Below, one piece after another: positions 44,043 to 54,549 of a DNA stretch of 64,000 nucleotides (its first letter is position 1; each line of letters opens with the position of its first letter). Both the position numbers and the translations under genes were made by a program. Origin of the DNA: Desulfitobacteriia bacterium (GTDB taxonomy: Bacteria > Bacillota > Desulfitobacteriia > Desulfitobacteriales > Syntrophobotulaceae); the NCBI GenBank assembly GCA_050949905.1, contig JBMNGP010000038.1, positions 10 to 64,009 of the forward strand, read 5' to 3'. The notes beneath the pieces are model-generated. The model was not told the origin of the DNA, made no database searches, and worked only from the letters and a program-made list of their open reading frames with translations.

Positions 44043-44894
44043 TTATTTCGTTCTAAACATCACTCCCAAGGTGTTTGGCCCACAGTGGGAGTAAATTGTA
44101 CAACCTGCCTGGTTAACAAATATTTCTTTAAAATCAGCATATTCCTGAATAGTTCCGCGGACAAGATCAATTAGTTCTGGAGCTAGCCCGGAATGGACTA
44201 TAAAAATCTTATCGAGGTGAAGATCAGTGCGGCCTTTAATCTTATCTGTGGTGTATTGCTGAATTACTTTACTGAGTGGTCCGCGATACTTTTTGCCGAC
44301 ATGCATTTTTCCGCTAGTGTTTTCGACCTCAATACAAGGCTTGATATTCAGTAAACTGGCACTAAGGGCTGCAATTGATGAACACCTTCCGCCGGCATGA
44401 AGAAAGGTTAGGGTGTCAAGTATGAAGCTGGCCTGAACTTTGCTTCTTAAAGCGATGACTTCCTGCTGAATCTGAGCCGCAGGCATTCCCTGGGCGATGC
44501 GTTCCGCTGCTTCTAAAGTAAGGAGAGCCATTCCTGAAGAAAGGCTACAAGAATCGATGGGATAGACATTCTTGAGTTCCTCGGCGGCGAGGCAACAGTT
44601 TTGATAGGAGGAAGAAATTCCGGAACCGATGTTGATATGAATAACATCGTAACCTTCAGTAGTCCATTTTTTAAAATAGTTGATATATTCCTCAGGATTA
44701 ATTGCTACTGTTTTTGGTAGAATATTATGCTGTCGGTAGGTCTTAAGAATGTCCTCAGTTGTAATATCCACCCCGTCCTGATAAACTTTATCCTTTAAAA
44801 CGATGTGCAGAGGGGCAATATTGACGTTATACCGATTTCTTAAATAATCATCAAGGTCACAGGTACTGTCAGCGCTGAGGATAATTTTAGTCAT
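44043..44894 (-). CDS. DegV-family fatty-acid-binding protein
   Basis: The N-terminus MTKIILSADSTCDLD and the 283-aa size fit the DegV pattern. Confidence 0.85.
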   Translation of the reverse strand: MTKIILSADSTCDLDDYLRNRYNVNIAPLHIVLKDKVYQDGVDITTEDILKTYRQHNILPKTVAINPEEYINYFKKWTTEGYDVIHINIGSGISSSYQNCCLAAEELKNVYPIDSCSLSSGMALLTLEAAERIAQGMPAAQIQQEVIALRSKVQASFILDTLTFLHAGGRCSSIAALSASLLNIKPCIEVENTSGKMHVGKKYRGPLSKVIQQYTTDKIKGRTDLHLDKIFIVHSGLAPELIDLVRGTIQEYADFKEIFVNQAGCTIYSHCGPNTLGVMFRTK

Positions 44895-45118
44895 ATCAAA
44901 TCACTCCACTATTTTAAATACGGCTTTTCCTATATTCTATGAACAAAGATGTTTCCATGATAACATAGAAAAAGCTGCTTTTGCGTATAGGCCTGAGATT
45001 TTTTTCACAGGACTCGACAGGTCTAAAGCCTGACTACATTAATGAGGATAAAGTGCAGACATTGGTACAAAATAGAAAGGAATAAATGTTTTAAACTTAG
45101 TCGACCGGAGGATGGAAA

Positions 45119-46288
45119 GTGTCGCAGGCTAGAATCCTCATATTATCTTCGCGATTTGGTGAAGGGCATTACCAAGCCGGGGAAGCCTTGGTTCAAAAAA
45201 TAAATGTTCAAGCCCCAGCAAAAGCTGCCGTCAGCCACCTTGACTTTGGTTCCTTTTTTTATCGGAAAACCGATTATCTAATGAGGGCTGCTTACCTTAA
45301 CATGGTTACAAAGACCCCGGAAATCTGGCGGTTGATTTATGATAAAACTATAGATTCGACCTTAGGCGGCTGGTGGAAATTTGTTTATGGAATGGGTTCC
45401 GGGGATCTCCTTAATCATATTCGGGAGTTTGCTTACGATCTTGTTGTCTGCACTCATTTTATTCCCGCCGGAATTTTGGCTGAATATAAGCGCAAAGGAC
45501 AGCTTGATGTGCCCCTCGTAACCGTTATTACCGATTATCTGGTTCACGGTGTCTGGATCTACCCCGAAGTCGATTTGTATATGGTGGGCTGCCGAGAGGC
45601 AGTTGCCAGGCTTCAAAAGGCCGGGATTAAAAAAGATAAGATCCTTCTTACCGGTATTCCGGTGCGAGCAGGCTTTTTTAGTAAATTGTCCAAGGAGGAA
45701 AGCAGGCAGCAGCTCGGCCTGCAAGAGGATAAGAAAACCGTTTTGGTTATGGGCGGCTCTTCAGGGCTGGGCGGCAAGGAATTCGAGATCCTGGACAGTT
45801 TGCTTTCTCTGGCTAAACATAGGCCTGTGCAATTGCTCTTTGTCTGCGGGTCGAATCAGGAATTATATCTGCAATTGAAAAATAGAATCGAAAGAGACAC
45901 CTGCATCGAGGCCAGGGTTTTTGGCTATGTTCATAATATCCCGCAGTTAATGGCAGCCTCCGACCTGCTAATAACCAAAGGCGGAGCCTTAACAATCTCT
46001 GAGGCTTTGACTATCGGGCTTCCTGTAGTGATGTACAAACCTATTCCCGGCCATGAAAATGGAAATGCGGCTTTTGTTGTCAAAAGCAATGCAGGCTTGA
46101 AGGTTACCTCTCCCCAGGAACTTGGAAGTTTAGTTAAGGAACTTCTCACCAACGAAAGCAAATTGGAAGAAATGAGCGTAGCCGCCCGCAGGTTATTGCC
46201 TCCCCAAGCCGCAAGTGCCGCAGCCGAGTCCATATTGGAATTAGCAAGTAAGGCTCCCAGAGGCTGCAAAAATAAAGAAATCGTTTAG
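45119..46288 (+). CDS. Monogalactosyl/diglucosyl-diacylglycerol synthase-type glycosyltransferase (GT28, UgtP-like)
   Basis: The N-terminus ILILSSRFGEGHYQAGEAL is MGDG_synth-like, and the C-terminus has a GT28 domain. The start is GTG. Confidence 0.8.
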   Translation: MSQARILILSSRFGEGHYQAGEALVQKINVQAPAKAAVSHLDFGSFFYRKTDYLMRAAYLNMVTKTPEIWRLIYDKTIDSTLGGWWKFVYGMGSGDLLNHIREFAYDLVVCTHFIPAGILAEYKRKGQLDVPLVTVITDYLVHGVWIYPEVDLYMVGCREAVARLQKAGIKKDKILLTGIPVRAGFFSKLSKEESRQQLGLQEDKKTVLVMGGSSGLGGKEFEILDSLLSLAKHRPVQLLFVCGSNQELYLQLKNRIERDTCIEARVFGYVHNIPQLMAASDLLITKGGALTISEALTIGLPVVMYKPIPGHENGNAAFVVKSNAGLKVTSPQELGSLVKELLTNESKLEEMSVAARRLLPPQAASAAAESILELASKAPRGCKNKEIV

Positions 46289-46610
46289 ACTGCCGATAGT
46301 TTGGTTTTCGTTTAACGTTGTCTCTTGCTTTTTTAGGTTAAAGCTTTTTATCTGTTAAAGCTTTTATCTTGCTTCTTGGGAAAAGTTCTGGTAATATTAA
46401 TTGGTCAATTCATCAATTGTTAGCAAAAGGGGAAGCTGATGTTTCCCCTTTGTGAAATAATAGGTTGGATATTTTAGCTTTTTTGTTTTTTATGGTTTGG
46501 TTCCTGTCAAAAGGGGAAAGAATAGCCTGGTAAGCAAAAACAAATAATAACTTAATCTAAAGAATTTCTTTAAATAGATATAATGATTACAATGCCAAGG
46601 AGGAGCAGAC

Positions 46611-47951
46611 ATGGCAGTCAAAGTGGAGCAAATTGAGAAAAATAAGGTTGCCCTGGAGATAGTAGTAGAAGCTGAGAAATTTACGGCAGCAATCAATCGG
46701 GTAGCTAAAAAGGTCGCCGGAGAAATTAATATTCCGGGCTTTCGCAAAGGAAAAGCCCCCCGACATATAATAGAAAGGTATGTGGGAAAAGAATATCTTC
46801 AGAGCGAAGCACTTGACCCATTACTTGGGCCGGCCTATGCTGAAGCAGTTGAAGAAAGCGGGATCTGGCCGGTTACCAGGCCTGAGGTCGAAATTATTCA
46901 AGCTGAAGAAGGCAAAGAAGTAATCTTTAAGGCTCTGGTTGAAGTTAAACCTGAAGTGGAGTTAGGGCAATACAAGGGTCTTGACATTCCGAAACAAACC
47001 GTCGAAGTAACTGAAGAAGACGTTGACGAAGAACTGAAACGCCGCCAGGATAGGCATGCCAAACTCGTTCCGGTTGAAGAAGGCGAAGTTCAGGATCAAG
47101 ATATTGTTAATATCGATTTTGAAGGATTCATTGGGGACAAAGCTTTCGAGGGCGGAAAAGGAGAAGGCCATGATCTGACCATTGGCTCTAATACTTTCAT
47201 TCCTGGTTTTGAAGAACAATTAAAAGGCGCGTATAAAGATCAGGTAGTTGAAGTAAATGTTCGCTTCCCTGATGAATATCATAGTAAAGAACTTGCAGGT
47301 CAAGAGGCTTTTTTCAAAGTTAAAATTAATTCCATCAAGCGCAAAGAGCTTGTACCCTTAGATGATGAGTTTGCTAAGGATATCAGCGAATTTGATACTC
47401 TGGCGGAATTGAGAGAAGATATTAAAGCTAAGATGCACTCCGCGGCCGAAGCCCGCGTTAACAACGAACACCGGGCCGAAATTATTAAAAAAGCAGTGGA
47501 TAACGCCAGTGTGGAAATTCCCGAAGGAATGATTAATAGCCGGATAGATTCCATGATTGCCGATTTGAGTAATAACCTTTCTTACCAGGGAATAACTCTG
47601 GAACAGTATTACGGCTACATTAACTCCAATGAAGAGCAATTAAGAGAAAACTACCGGGTGCAAGCGGTAGAAAATATTAAGACCGAGCTGGTCTTAGAGG
47701 CCATAGCTAAGAAAGAAGGAATTACTGTTTCAGATGAAGATGTTGATCAAGAAATCGCAAAACTCGCCGAACAGTACGGCCGCAAGGTTGAAGAATTGAA
47801 AACAGCCCTGGCAGCCCGGGGAGAGTTGCAATGGTTTAAGGTTGGCCTTATTAATGATCGCACCGTTGACATGCTGGTTGAAAATAATAGCCCGGGAAAG
47901 AAGGATAGCGAGCAGCCGGCGGAGAATATGACTGTAGAGACAAATGAATAA
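46611..47951 (+). CDS. tig: Trigger factor
   Basis: The N-terminus is MAVKVEQIEKNKVALEIVVEAEKF. GFRKGKAP and an FKBP-type PPIase region are present. Confidence 0.95.
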   Translation: MAVKVEQIEKNKVALEIVVEAEKFTAAINRVAKKVAGEINIPGFRKGKAPRHIIERYVGKEYLQSEALDPLLGPAYAEAVEESGIWPVTRPEVEIIQAEEGKEVIFKALVEVKPEVELGQYKGLDIPKQTVEVTEEDVDEELKRRQDRHAKLVPVEEGEVQDQDIVNIDFEGFIGDKAFEGGKGEGHDLTIGSNTFIPGFEEQLKGAYKDQVVEVNVRFPDEYHSKELAGQEAFFKVKINSIKRKELVPLDDEFAKDISEFDTLAELREDIKAKMHSAAEARVNNEHRAEIIKKAVDNASVEIPEGMINSRIDSMIADLSNNLSYQGITLEQYYGYINSNEEQLRENYRVQAVENIKTELVLEAIAKKEGITVSDEDVDQEIAKLAEQYGRKVEELKTALAARGELQWFKVGLINDRTVDMLVENNSPGKKDSEQPAENMTVETNE

Positions 47952-47997
47952 GGAAAAAGATAAACTACTTCTGATTTGCCTATAAAGGGGTGAGCAA

Positions 47998-49257
47998 ATG
48001 GCGAAATTCAATGATGAGAAGAACCAGTTAAAATGCTCTTTTTGCGGTAAGACTCAGGAACAGGTCAAGAAATTAGTGGCCGGCCCCGGCGTCTATATCT
48101 GCGATGAATGCATTGAGCTGTGTAATGAAATAATCGAAGAAGAGCTTCAGGAGGATGTCGGGGCTGATATTGGCGAAATTCCAAAGCCAAAGGAAATCCG
48201 CAGTATTTTGGATCAATACGTTGTTGGCCAGGATGAAGCCAAGAAAGCCTTGTCTGTTGCTGTCTATAACCATTATAAACGAATCAGCATCGGCATGAAG
48301 GTCGATGATGTTGAGCTGCAGAAATCCAATATTGTTATGCTCGGCCCTACCGGTTCGGGTAAGACCCTGCTGGCTTCGACCTTGGCTAAAGTCTTGAATG
48401 TACCGTTTGCTATAGCGGATGCCACTGCTTTGACTGAAGCAGGGTATGTGGGAGAAGATGTAGAGAATATTCTCCTCAAACTCATTCAGGCTGCCGATTA
48501 TGATATTGAAAAAGCCGAAAGAGGGATCATCTATATTGATGAGATCGATAAGATAGCCCGGAAATCGGAAAATCCCTCCATAACCCGTGATGTGTCCGGA
48601 GAGGGAGTTCAGCAGGCTCTCTTGAAGATCCTGGAAGGCACCGTGGCCAGTGTTCCCCCGCAGGGTGGGCGCAAGCACCCCCATCAGGAGTTTATCCAGC
48701 TGGATACCACCAACATTTTATTCATTGTCGGTGGGGCTTTTGACGGGATTGATAAAATCATTCAAAACCGCATTGGTAAGAAAGTGATGGGTTTTGGAGC
48801 CGACATCCAGAAGAGAAGCGAAAAGAATGTGGGTGAGATCTTGAGGCAAATTCTGCCGACGGACCTCCTGAAATATGGCTTGATTCCGGAGTTTGTTGGC
48901 CGCCTTCCGGTTATTGTCACTTTGGATGCCCTGGACCAGGATGCTTTAATCAGTATTCTGACTGAGCCTAAAAACGCTTTGGTTAAACAATACGAAAAGC
49001 TCTTAGAGATGGATGGCGTAGGCTTAGAGTTTAAGGATGATGCTTTAAAAGCTATTGCCGAGGAAGCTATTCGTCGTAATACCGGTGCCCGGGGTTTAAG
49101 AGCCATTATGGAAGAGATCATGGTCAATGTTATGTATGATGTGCCAACCAGAACGGATGTTACCAAGTGTATTGTCACTAAAGATACTATCTTGAAGCGG
49201 ATTGAGCCCGAGCTAGTTATTCAGGGCGACAAACGCAAAAAAGAAGAGTCTGCTTAA
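47998..49257 (+). CDS. clpX: ATP-dependent Clp protease ATP-binding subunit ClpX
   Basis: The zinc finger is CSFCGK...CDEC, Walker A is GPTGSGKT, and the IGF-like loop is MGFGA. Confidence 0.97.
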   Translation: MAKFNDEKNQLKCSFCGKTQEQVKKLVAGPGVYICDECIELCNEIIEEELQEDVGADIGEIPKPKEIRSILDQYVVGQDEAKKALSVAVYNHYKRISIGMKVDDVELQKSNIVMLGPTGSGKTLLASTLAKVLNVPFAIADATALTEAGYVGEDVENILLKLIQAADYDIEKAERGIIYIDEIDKIARKSENPSITRDVSGEGVQQALLKILEGTVASVPPQGGRKHPHQEFIQLDTTNILFIVGGAFDGIDKIIQNRIGKKVMGFGADIQKRSEKNVGEILRQILPTDLLKYGLIPEFVGRLPVIVTLDALDQDALISILTEPKNALVKQYEKLLEMDGVGLEFKDDALKAIAEEAIRRNTGARGLRAIMEEIMVNVMYDVPTRTDVTKCIVTKDTILKRIEPELVIQGDKRKKEESA

Positions 49258-49386
49258 ACTGAAAAAATAATCTCACATCAAAAAAATGTGGGATTATTTT
49301 TTCCGTAAGCTATACAAGCCTTTAATCTCCCAGTGAAGGACAGAAAGATAATAGATTGCAGAGCGATACATTAAGAGGAGGCAGTC

Positions 49387-49668
49387 ATGAACAAAATTAC
49401 TCAAGTTATTGCGGAAAAAATTCGCCCGATTCTACAAAGTCATCAAGGGGATATTGAATTACAGGAAATAACCCCTGAGGGCCTGGTTAGAGTAAGATTA
49501 ACCGGGGCCTGTGCGTCCTGTCCCGGTGCCCAGCATACCTTATCCGAAGTTGTAGAAGCACAATTAAAAGAAGCCTGCCCGGAAGTAAAAAAAGTGGTTT
49601 TGGTAAATGGGGTAAGTGATGATTTGATACAGCAGGCTTTAAAAATACTGCAGAGGAATAAACAATAA
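49387..49668 (+). CDS. NifU-like Fe-S cluster domain protein
   Basis: IRPILQSHQGDIEL and GACASCPGA (CxxC) are present in a 93-aa product. Confidence 0.8.
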   Translation: MNKITQVIAEKIRPILQSHQGDIELQEITPEGLVRVRLTGACASCPGAQHTLSEVVEAQLKEACPEVKKVVLVNGVSDDLIQQALKILQRNKQ

Positions 49669-49695
49669 CTTAACCAAAGCAGGTATTTCCGAAAA

Positions 49696-49750
49696 CCAAA
49701 GGGGACGGCTCTTTTCTGCTGGAGAAAAGAGAAACGTCCCCTTTGGTTTT
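49696..49750. terminator. Bidirectional terminator hairpin related to the GGGGACG/CGTCCCC repeat family
   Basis: CCAAAGGGGACG pairs with CGTCCCCTTTGG (12 bp), with an inner stem CTCTTTTCT/AGAAAAGAG. It is flanked by A and T runs, between convergent genes. Confidence 0.8.
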
Positions 49751-49770
49751 GTGAGCTATTTGCCTTCTGC

Positions 49771-49944
49771 CTATTTGGTATCCCCTTCTGCCCTCTTGGG
49801 CAGCCGCCCGGCTTTACGGGCGCTTTCCCGCAGGAGGTACTCGATATGGGCGTTGACACTCCGGAATTCGTCGGCTGCCCAGCCTTCGATGGTCTCAAAC
49901 AGTTTTGGATCAATACGGAGAGGGAAACTTTTTTTACCAGCCAC
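49771..49944 (-). CDS. Arc/MetJ-type ribbon-helix-helix DNA-binding protein (57 aa), absent from the ORF track because it is shorter than 60 aa
   Basis: Manual translation gives V(M)[56 protein letters not shown]. The FxLRI...RSxNAxIEYLL pattern is typical of Arc-family RHH proteins. The gene lies 23 nt downstream of the SPFH gene. The start is GTG. Confidence 0.7.
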   Translation of the reverse strand: MAGKKSFPLRIDPKLFETIEGWAADEFRSVNAHIEYLLRESARKAGRLPKRAEGDTK

Positions 49945-49967
49945 TCTACCACATCCTATGGCTCAGG

Positions 49968-50831
49968 TTAATAAAGGGAGCCGGTATTGAGGACAGGTTG
50001 GGCGGAACGGTCGGAGACAATAGCCACTAAGAGGTTATTGATCATTGCCACCTTGCGCTCATCGTCTAATTCAATAGTCCCGCTCTCTTCCAATTGCTCA
50101 ATAGCCATTTGAGCCATTCCCACAGCCCCTTCCACGATTTTTTGGCGAGCGGCGAGGATAGCGTTAGCCTGCTGGCGCTGCAGCATGGCACTGGCAATTT
50201 CGGTGGCATAAGCCAAGTGGGTAAGCCGGGCTTCAATGACATCCACACCTGCTAGGGTGAGGCGTGCCTGGAGTTCGTCGGCAATTTCCTGAGCGATTTC
50301 TTCGGGGTTGCCTCTTAAGGAACTGCTGTCTTCTTCAAAATTATCATAAGGATATTTGGTGGCAACATGCCTCAGAGCGGTCTCGCTTTGAATCTCCACA
50401 AACTGTTCATAATTATCCACATCGAAAACAGCTTTCGCCGAATCTACTACTTTAATTACCACCACGGCAGCTATTTCGATGGGATTGCCGTCTACGTCAT
50501 TGACTTTCAGTCGCTCGCTGTTGAAGTTGCGAACTTTCAAAGAGACTTTTTTTCTGCTGGTAAAGGGAACGGTCATCCAGATACCTGGCTGGCGGATACT
50601 GCCCAGGTAGCTGCCGAAAAAGGTTAACACAATTGCCTGATTCGGCTGTACGATCTTGATACCGCTTGATAGGATTATGGCCAGGAATAATAAAATAACA
50701 CTTAAAATAATTTTGGTTAAAGAAGCGGCTGCGATGCCGGTGATGAAATTGAATACAGCAGCCACCAGCAGGGCGATAAAAATTAGGAGAGCGAGAAACC
50801 CATTAATTTTCCAGGCTTGGCGTTCGGTCAT
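49968..50831 (-). CDS. SPFH/Band-7 domain membrane protein
   Basis: Two N-terminal TM segments are followed by an SPFH domain and an Ala/Gln-rich coiled C-terminal region. Confidence 0.85.
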   Translation of the reverse strand: MTERQAWKINGFLALLIFIALLVAAVFNFITGIAAASLTKIILSVILLFLAIILSSGIKIVQPNQAIVLTFFGSYLGSIRQPGIWMTVPFTSRKKVSLKVRNFNSERLKVNDVDGNPIEIAAVVVIKVVDSAKAVFDVDNYEQFVEIQSETALRHVATKYPYDNFEEDSSSLRGNPEEIAQEIADELQARLTLAGVDVIEARLTHLAYATEIASAMLQRQQANAILAARQKIVEGAVGMAQMAIEQLEESGTIELDDERKVAMINNLLVAIVSDRSAQPVLNTGSLY

Positions 50832-50906
50832 ATTAACATCTTCCTTTCTTTGTTTTCTACTCAGTCTTTGAGGATTAATTTCAAGAGCTTGCAGCCCTTG
50901 TGGATC

Positions 50907-51140
50907 GAATTAACTTGTAACTCTAATGAATCGTATTAACTTGCGACTCTGAATTGTATCAACTTGCAGGAATAGCTAATCATATCAATATGATATATAA
51001 ATGATATCACATTGATATACAGGATGGCAAGATAAGGACTATAAAATATTTTGCATCAAGACATAATCAAATGTTCTAAGACGTAATCAAGATGTGCAAG
51101 GTGTAAATTTTGATGTTCTTAAACGTGATTCAAATGTTTG
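50907..51140. repeat. AT-rich intergenic region with three ~25-bp direct repeats, phased TGATAT motifs/palindromes and four ~22-bp direct repeats
   Basis: The first set is ATTAACTTGTAACTCT, ATTAACTTGCGACTCT, ATCAACTTGCAGGAAT. A palindrome ATCATAT-CA-ATATGAT is present. The second set is AAGACATAATCAAATGTTCT, AAGACGTAATCAAGATGTGC, AAGGTGTAAATTTTGATGTTCT, AAACGTGATTCAAATGTTTG. Confidence 0.75.
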
Positions 51141-51253
51141 TAGAAATAAAAAACAGGCAGGAGGATAATCCTGTCTGTTTTGTCTGTTGTTGCTACTGAT
51201 ATGCTGTTTTCTGTTTTCCTACACTTACTTGCTTTTATCTAAAGATATCTGTT

Positions 51254-51344
51254 GTGGGACACAAGAACCGTCCCCCTGTCCCACCCCTGTCCCACTCCAA
51301 GAACCGTCCCCCTGTCCCACTCCCCTGTCCCACTTCTGTCCCCC
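51254..51344 (-). repeat. Cluster of REP-like GTGGGACA/TGTCCCAC units directly 3' of the TraB-family gene
   Basis: The sequence is GTGGGACACAAGAACCGTCCCCCTGTCCCAC CCCTGTCCCAC TCCAAGAACCGTCCCCCTGTCCCAC TCCCCTGTCCCAC. Confidence 0.85.
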
Positions 51345-51351
51345 TGAGCGC

Positions 51352-52527
51352 TTAGAAAAAAGTATTCAGAAAATGCCTGATGACATCGGCTCCTCCGATC
51401 AGGGCGCCGAGAGAGCTGCCGATATTAGCAAGGACAACTACTAAAAGGACATGAGTCACTTTATTTTTCCAGAAACCGCGGAGGGTATGGATATCCTCGG
51501 AGATGTTTTCAAAATCCTGAACATTTGGTTTGCGGATATAAGCTTCCATGAGACCGGCAAACCAGCCGGCGGCTAAGAGGGGGTTTAAGGAACTGATCGG
51601 TGAGATAACAAAAGCAGTCAAAATAGAAAGAGGATGTCCCCCTACTAATAAGGTTCCCAGGGCGGCAAGAGAGCTATTCCAAAGAACCCAACTGACGATT
51701 TGATCCCAGGCTGCCGTTTTATCTACGGAAAAAGTAGAAGCAATAAGGATTAGGATGAGAATAGGGATAGTCCAACCCAGTATTTTGCCGGTTTTGGAAG
51801 CGGGCGGGATTTGGGAGAGAAGTTTCAAATCCCGTTCTGTATCCTCAGCCAGCTCTCTTCTGACACCCGGAAGATGGGCAGCCCCTAGTACCGCAACTAT
51901 TTTGTTGCCTGGTGCCTCACGGATTCTTTGCGCCAGATACTGATCTCTTTCATCTACCAGGACAGTTTTAAACTGGGGAAAAGACGAAGCTAATTCATCC
52001 AGGATGGAGGTCAGCATATCCTGGGTCTTCATTTTTTCCATTTCTTCTTCGGTAATGTCTTCGCTGAGGAAAAGGCTAAAAAGCAGCTGAAAAATGAGCT
52101 TTATTTTCCCCCAGAAGCCTACCCTTCGCCAGATCCGCATTAAAGTAGTTTTAATATCCCTGTCGGCCAGCCAGAGGGTTGCCCCGGCTTCTTTAGCTGA
52201 AGTAATAGCCTGAATCATTTCTTGACCGGGCTGAATGCCAAACTGTTTGGCCAGCCTTTTTTGGTAAGAGGAAAGAACAAGATTAATGAGGAAGATCACT
52301 GCTTGGCGCTGTTTAATAATACTTATAATATCAGTATTTTTCCACTTGTCGGGGTCCATGATGGTCTTATGGCGGGAGGGGCATAATTCCACACAGACAG
52401 TATCAGGTTTTTCTTCCTGGATTACTGTTTTAACTTCCTCGGCACTCTTGCTGGAAACATGTGCTGTGCCGATGAGGATGAGCTCCCTTCCATCCAATGT
52501 AATACGGTGGATATGGTCAGCTGCCAA
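51352..52527 (-). CDS. TraB/GumN-family protein (pheromone-shutdown-related TraB type) with C-terminal TM segments
   Basis: ELILIGTAHVSSKSAEEVKTVIQEEKPDTVCVELC is present, and VLGAAHLPG occurs later. The product is 391 aa. Confidence 0.8.
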   Translation of the reverse strand: MAADHIHRITLDGRELILIGTAHVSSKSAEEVKTVIQEEKPDTVCVELCPSRHKTIMDPDKWKNTDIISIIKQRQAVIFLINLVLSSYQKRLAKQFGIQPGQEMIQAITSAKEAGATLWLADRDIKTTLMRIWRRVGFWGKIKLIFQLLFSLFLSEDITEEEMEKMKTQDMLTSILDELASSFPQFKTVLVDERDQYLAQRIREAPGNKIVAVLGAAHLPGVRRELAEDTERDLKLLSQIPPASKTGKILGWTIPILILILIASTFSVDKTAAWDQIVSWVLWNSSLAALGTLLVGGHPLSILTAFVISPISSLNPLLAAGWFAGLMEAYIRKPNVQDFENISEDIHTLRGFWKNKVTHVLLVVVLANIGSSLGALIGGADVIRHFLNTFF

Positions 52528-52645
52528 AAAATCACTTCCTCCGCTTTTATTTTAAATTTATTTTAGTTTTTATCTAGATAAATCAAGGCATATTAGCAAT
52601 TATAGCGCTATTAATTGCCAACTAATCAATCCCAACCACGGAAAA

Positions 52646-54031
52646 CTAACTAACTTTACTTGCATCAGCAGCCTTTTTCCTGCTAGGAAGATGTCTCATT
52701 TCAAAGTAGATAAAGGTTGCGGTAAACATTACGGAGAGGGCATCGGCAATCGGGGCTGTTCTCCAAACTCCTTCAATTCCCCAAATTCGGGGGAGAAAAA
52801 TCAGCAAGGGAATAAAGAATAAGACTTGCCGGGATAAGCTTAAGATCGCGGACTGTACAGGTTTGCCAACAGCCTGGAAGTAGCTGGCACAGGGAATTTG
52901 AAAACCGACGATCGGCAGTAAAGCAAAGAAGGTGAGCATTGCCTTTGAAGTCATAGAGGTTAAGACTATATCCTCTTCGCTAAACAGGCCGACTAATTGT
53001 TCCGGCCAGATATGCATGACCAGAAAACCAAAGGCAGCAATACCAATGCCGGCAATTACTGCTTTACTTAAGGTTTCTTTAACCCGGTCATACTGGCGGG
53101 CACCGTAGTTATAACCTATCAAAGGCTGAGCGCCCTGGCTTAACCCTACTACAGGCATTACCAGCAGAGTCGCTATACTCATTATAATGCCTACGGCGGA
53201 AAGAGCTAAATCACCGCCGTAGTAATACAAGGTTTTATTTAAAATTGTTTGCTGGATGCTATTGGCTATCTGCATGGCAAATGGCGCAAAGCCGATGGCC
53301 ATTATCCTAAGGATAATAGATATTTGCGGTTTGAAGTTGGCCAATTTGAATTTAAGCACACTGTAGCGGGATTTAAAATAGGAAATTACCCAGATAGCGC
53401 TTATCAGCTGTCCTAAAACCGTACCTAAAGCGGAGCCTTTAATACCCATGCCCATTTTAAAAATAAAGATATAGTTAAAGAGGATATTGATTAATGCCCC
53501 CAAAATTTGGGTCAGCATGGCAATTCGAGGATTACCTTCGGCCCGGATAAAGTTATTCATCCCAAAGCTAATGGAACCAAAAACCGAACCTAAGACAATT
53601 ATACCGGTAAAATCCCGGGCATAGGGCAAGACTTCACCTTCAGCCCCAAAAAGGCCCAGAATTTGATCAGGGGAAATATAGTAGATAGCAGTTAGAATTA
53701 AGGGCAATATGATTAACAGCAAAAGAGCGTTTGCTGCTATTTTTTCCGCACCGTCTTTGTTTTGCTCGCCCAGGCGGATAGAGATCAGAGCCGTTGCCCC
53801 AATCCCGATCAGCATAGAAACAGCAAAAAAAGCAATCATAATAGGAAAAGCAACCGTTGTAGCAGCTATTGCAATATGGCCTATCCCTCGTCCCACAAAG
53901 ATCCGGTCCACCACATTATAGAGGGAGTTGACCAGCATGCCGACAATGGCCGGCCAGGAAAACTTCAAAAGCAGCGGCCCGATTTTTTGGTCGCGCATTT
54001 CCATACTTCTGTCATTAGTTCTAGTGTCCAT
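52646..54031 (-). CDS. MATE-family efflux transporter
   Basis: The 461-aa product has 12 TM segments and the motif LLKFSWPAIVGMLVNSLYNVVDRIFVG. Confidence 0.88.
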   Translation of the reverse strand: MDTRTNDRSMEMRDQKIGPLLLKFSWPAIVGMLVNSLYNVVDRIFVGRGIGHIAIAATTVAFPIMIAFFAVSMLIGIGATALISIRLGEQNKDGAEKIAANALLLLIILPLILTAIYYISPDQILGLFGAEGEVLPYARDFTGIIVLGSVFGSISFGMNNFIRAEGNPRIAMLTQILGALINILFNYIFIFKMGMGIKGSALGTVLGQLISAIWVISYFKSRYSVLKFKLANFKPQISIILRIMAIGFAPFAMQIANSIQQTILNKTLYYYGGDLALSAVGIIMSIATLLVMPVVGLSQGAQPLIGYNYGARQYDRVKETLSKAVIAGIGIAAFGFLVMHIWPEQLVGLFSEEDIVLTSMTSKAMLTFFALLPIVGFQIPCASYFQAVGKPVQSAILSLSRQVLFFIPLLIFLPRIWGIEGVWRTAPIADALSVMFTATFIYFEMRHLPSRKKAADASKVS

Positions 54032-54045
54032 AACTTCATCACTTT

Positions 54046-54549
54046 CTAGATTTTTTTCATAAATTCGACTGCTTTTCGCAAATTAAGTATAAATGAATCT
54101 ATTTCCTCCGACTTAGAATTCGCGAGGGATGCGCTGATTTGCCGGGTGTGATAATCCAGCATCTTGGTGATAAGCTCTTTACCATTTGGACTTAAGGTTA
54201 TTAATGTTTTACGCCTGTCCTTAGGGTCAGCACTGCGGTTAACCAGGCCATAGTCCGCCAGCTGGTCGATTAAAGCAGTGAGGCTGCCTTTTTCAATATC
54301 GAGCATTTTGCCGATTTGGGTTGATGTTAGGCATTTAAATTGGTAAAGGGTATTAATAATTTTAATATGGTTTTTTTTCATCCAGGGTAAGCTGTTAAAA
54401 AACCCCCGGAATGGCAAGAAAAACTTTTCATGGCATAAGCATGAAAACGCAATAAGCAAGTCATGTAGTTCTTTAGCCTCTGGAGCATTGTCATTACCGT
54501 CATAGCCATTCTTGTCAGTGCCCGCTCTGCCGCAACCAATATAATTCAT
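54046..54549 (-). CDS. MarR-family transcriptional regulator, probably co-transcribed with the MATE pump gene
   Basis: The wHTH region reads LTSTQIGKMLDIEKGSLTALIDQLADYGLVNRSADPKDRRKTLITLSPNG. The true start is uncertain. Confidence 0.8.
   Translation of the reverse strand: MNYIGCGRAGTDKNGYDGNDNAPEAKELHDLLIAFSCLCHEKFFLPFRGFFNSLPWMKKNHIKIINTLYQFKCLTSTQIGKMLDIEKGSLTALIDQLADYGLVNRSADPKDRRKTLITLSPNGKELITKMLDYHTRQISASLANSKSEEIDSFILNLRKAVEFMKKI

Noticed and set aside
48073-49178. Antisense ORFs inside clpX (203 aa, 138 aa, 70 aa).
   Set aside because: clpX is unambiguous. These are shadow ORFs.
49443-49952. A 169-aa minus-strand track ORF and a 79-aa plus-strand ORF (49751-49990).
   Set aside because: The 169-aa ORF runs antisense through the nifU-like gene and across the terminator hairpin. 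The 57-aa RHH ORF in another frame explains the coding potential of 49771-49944.
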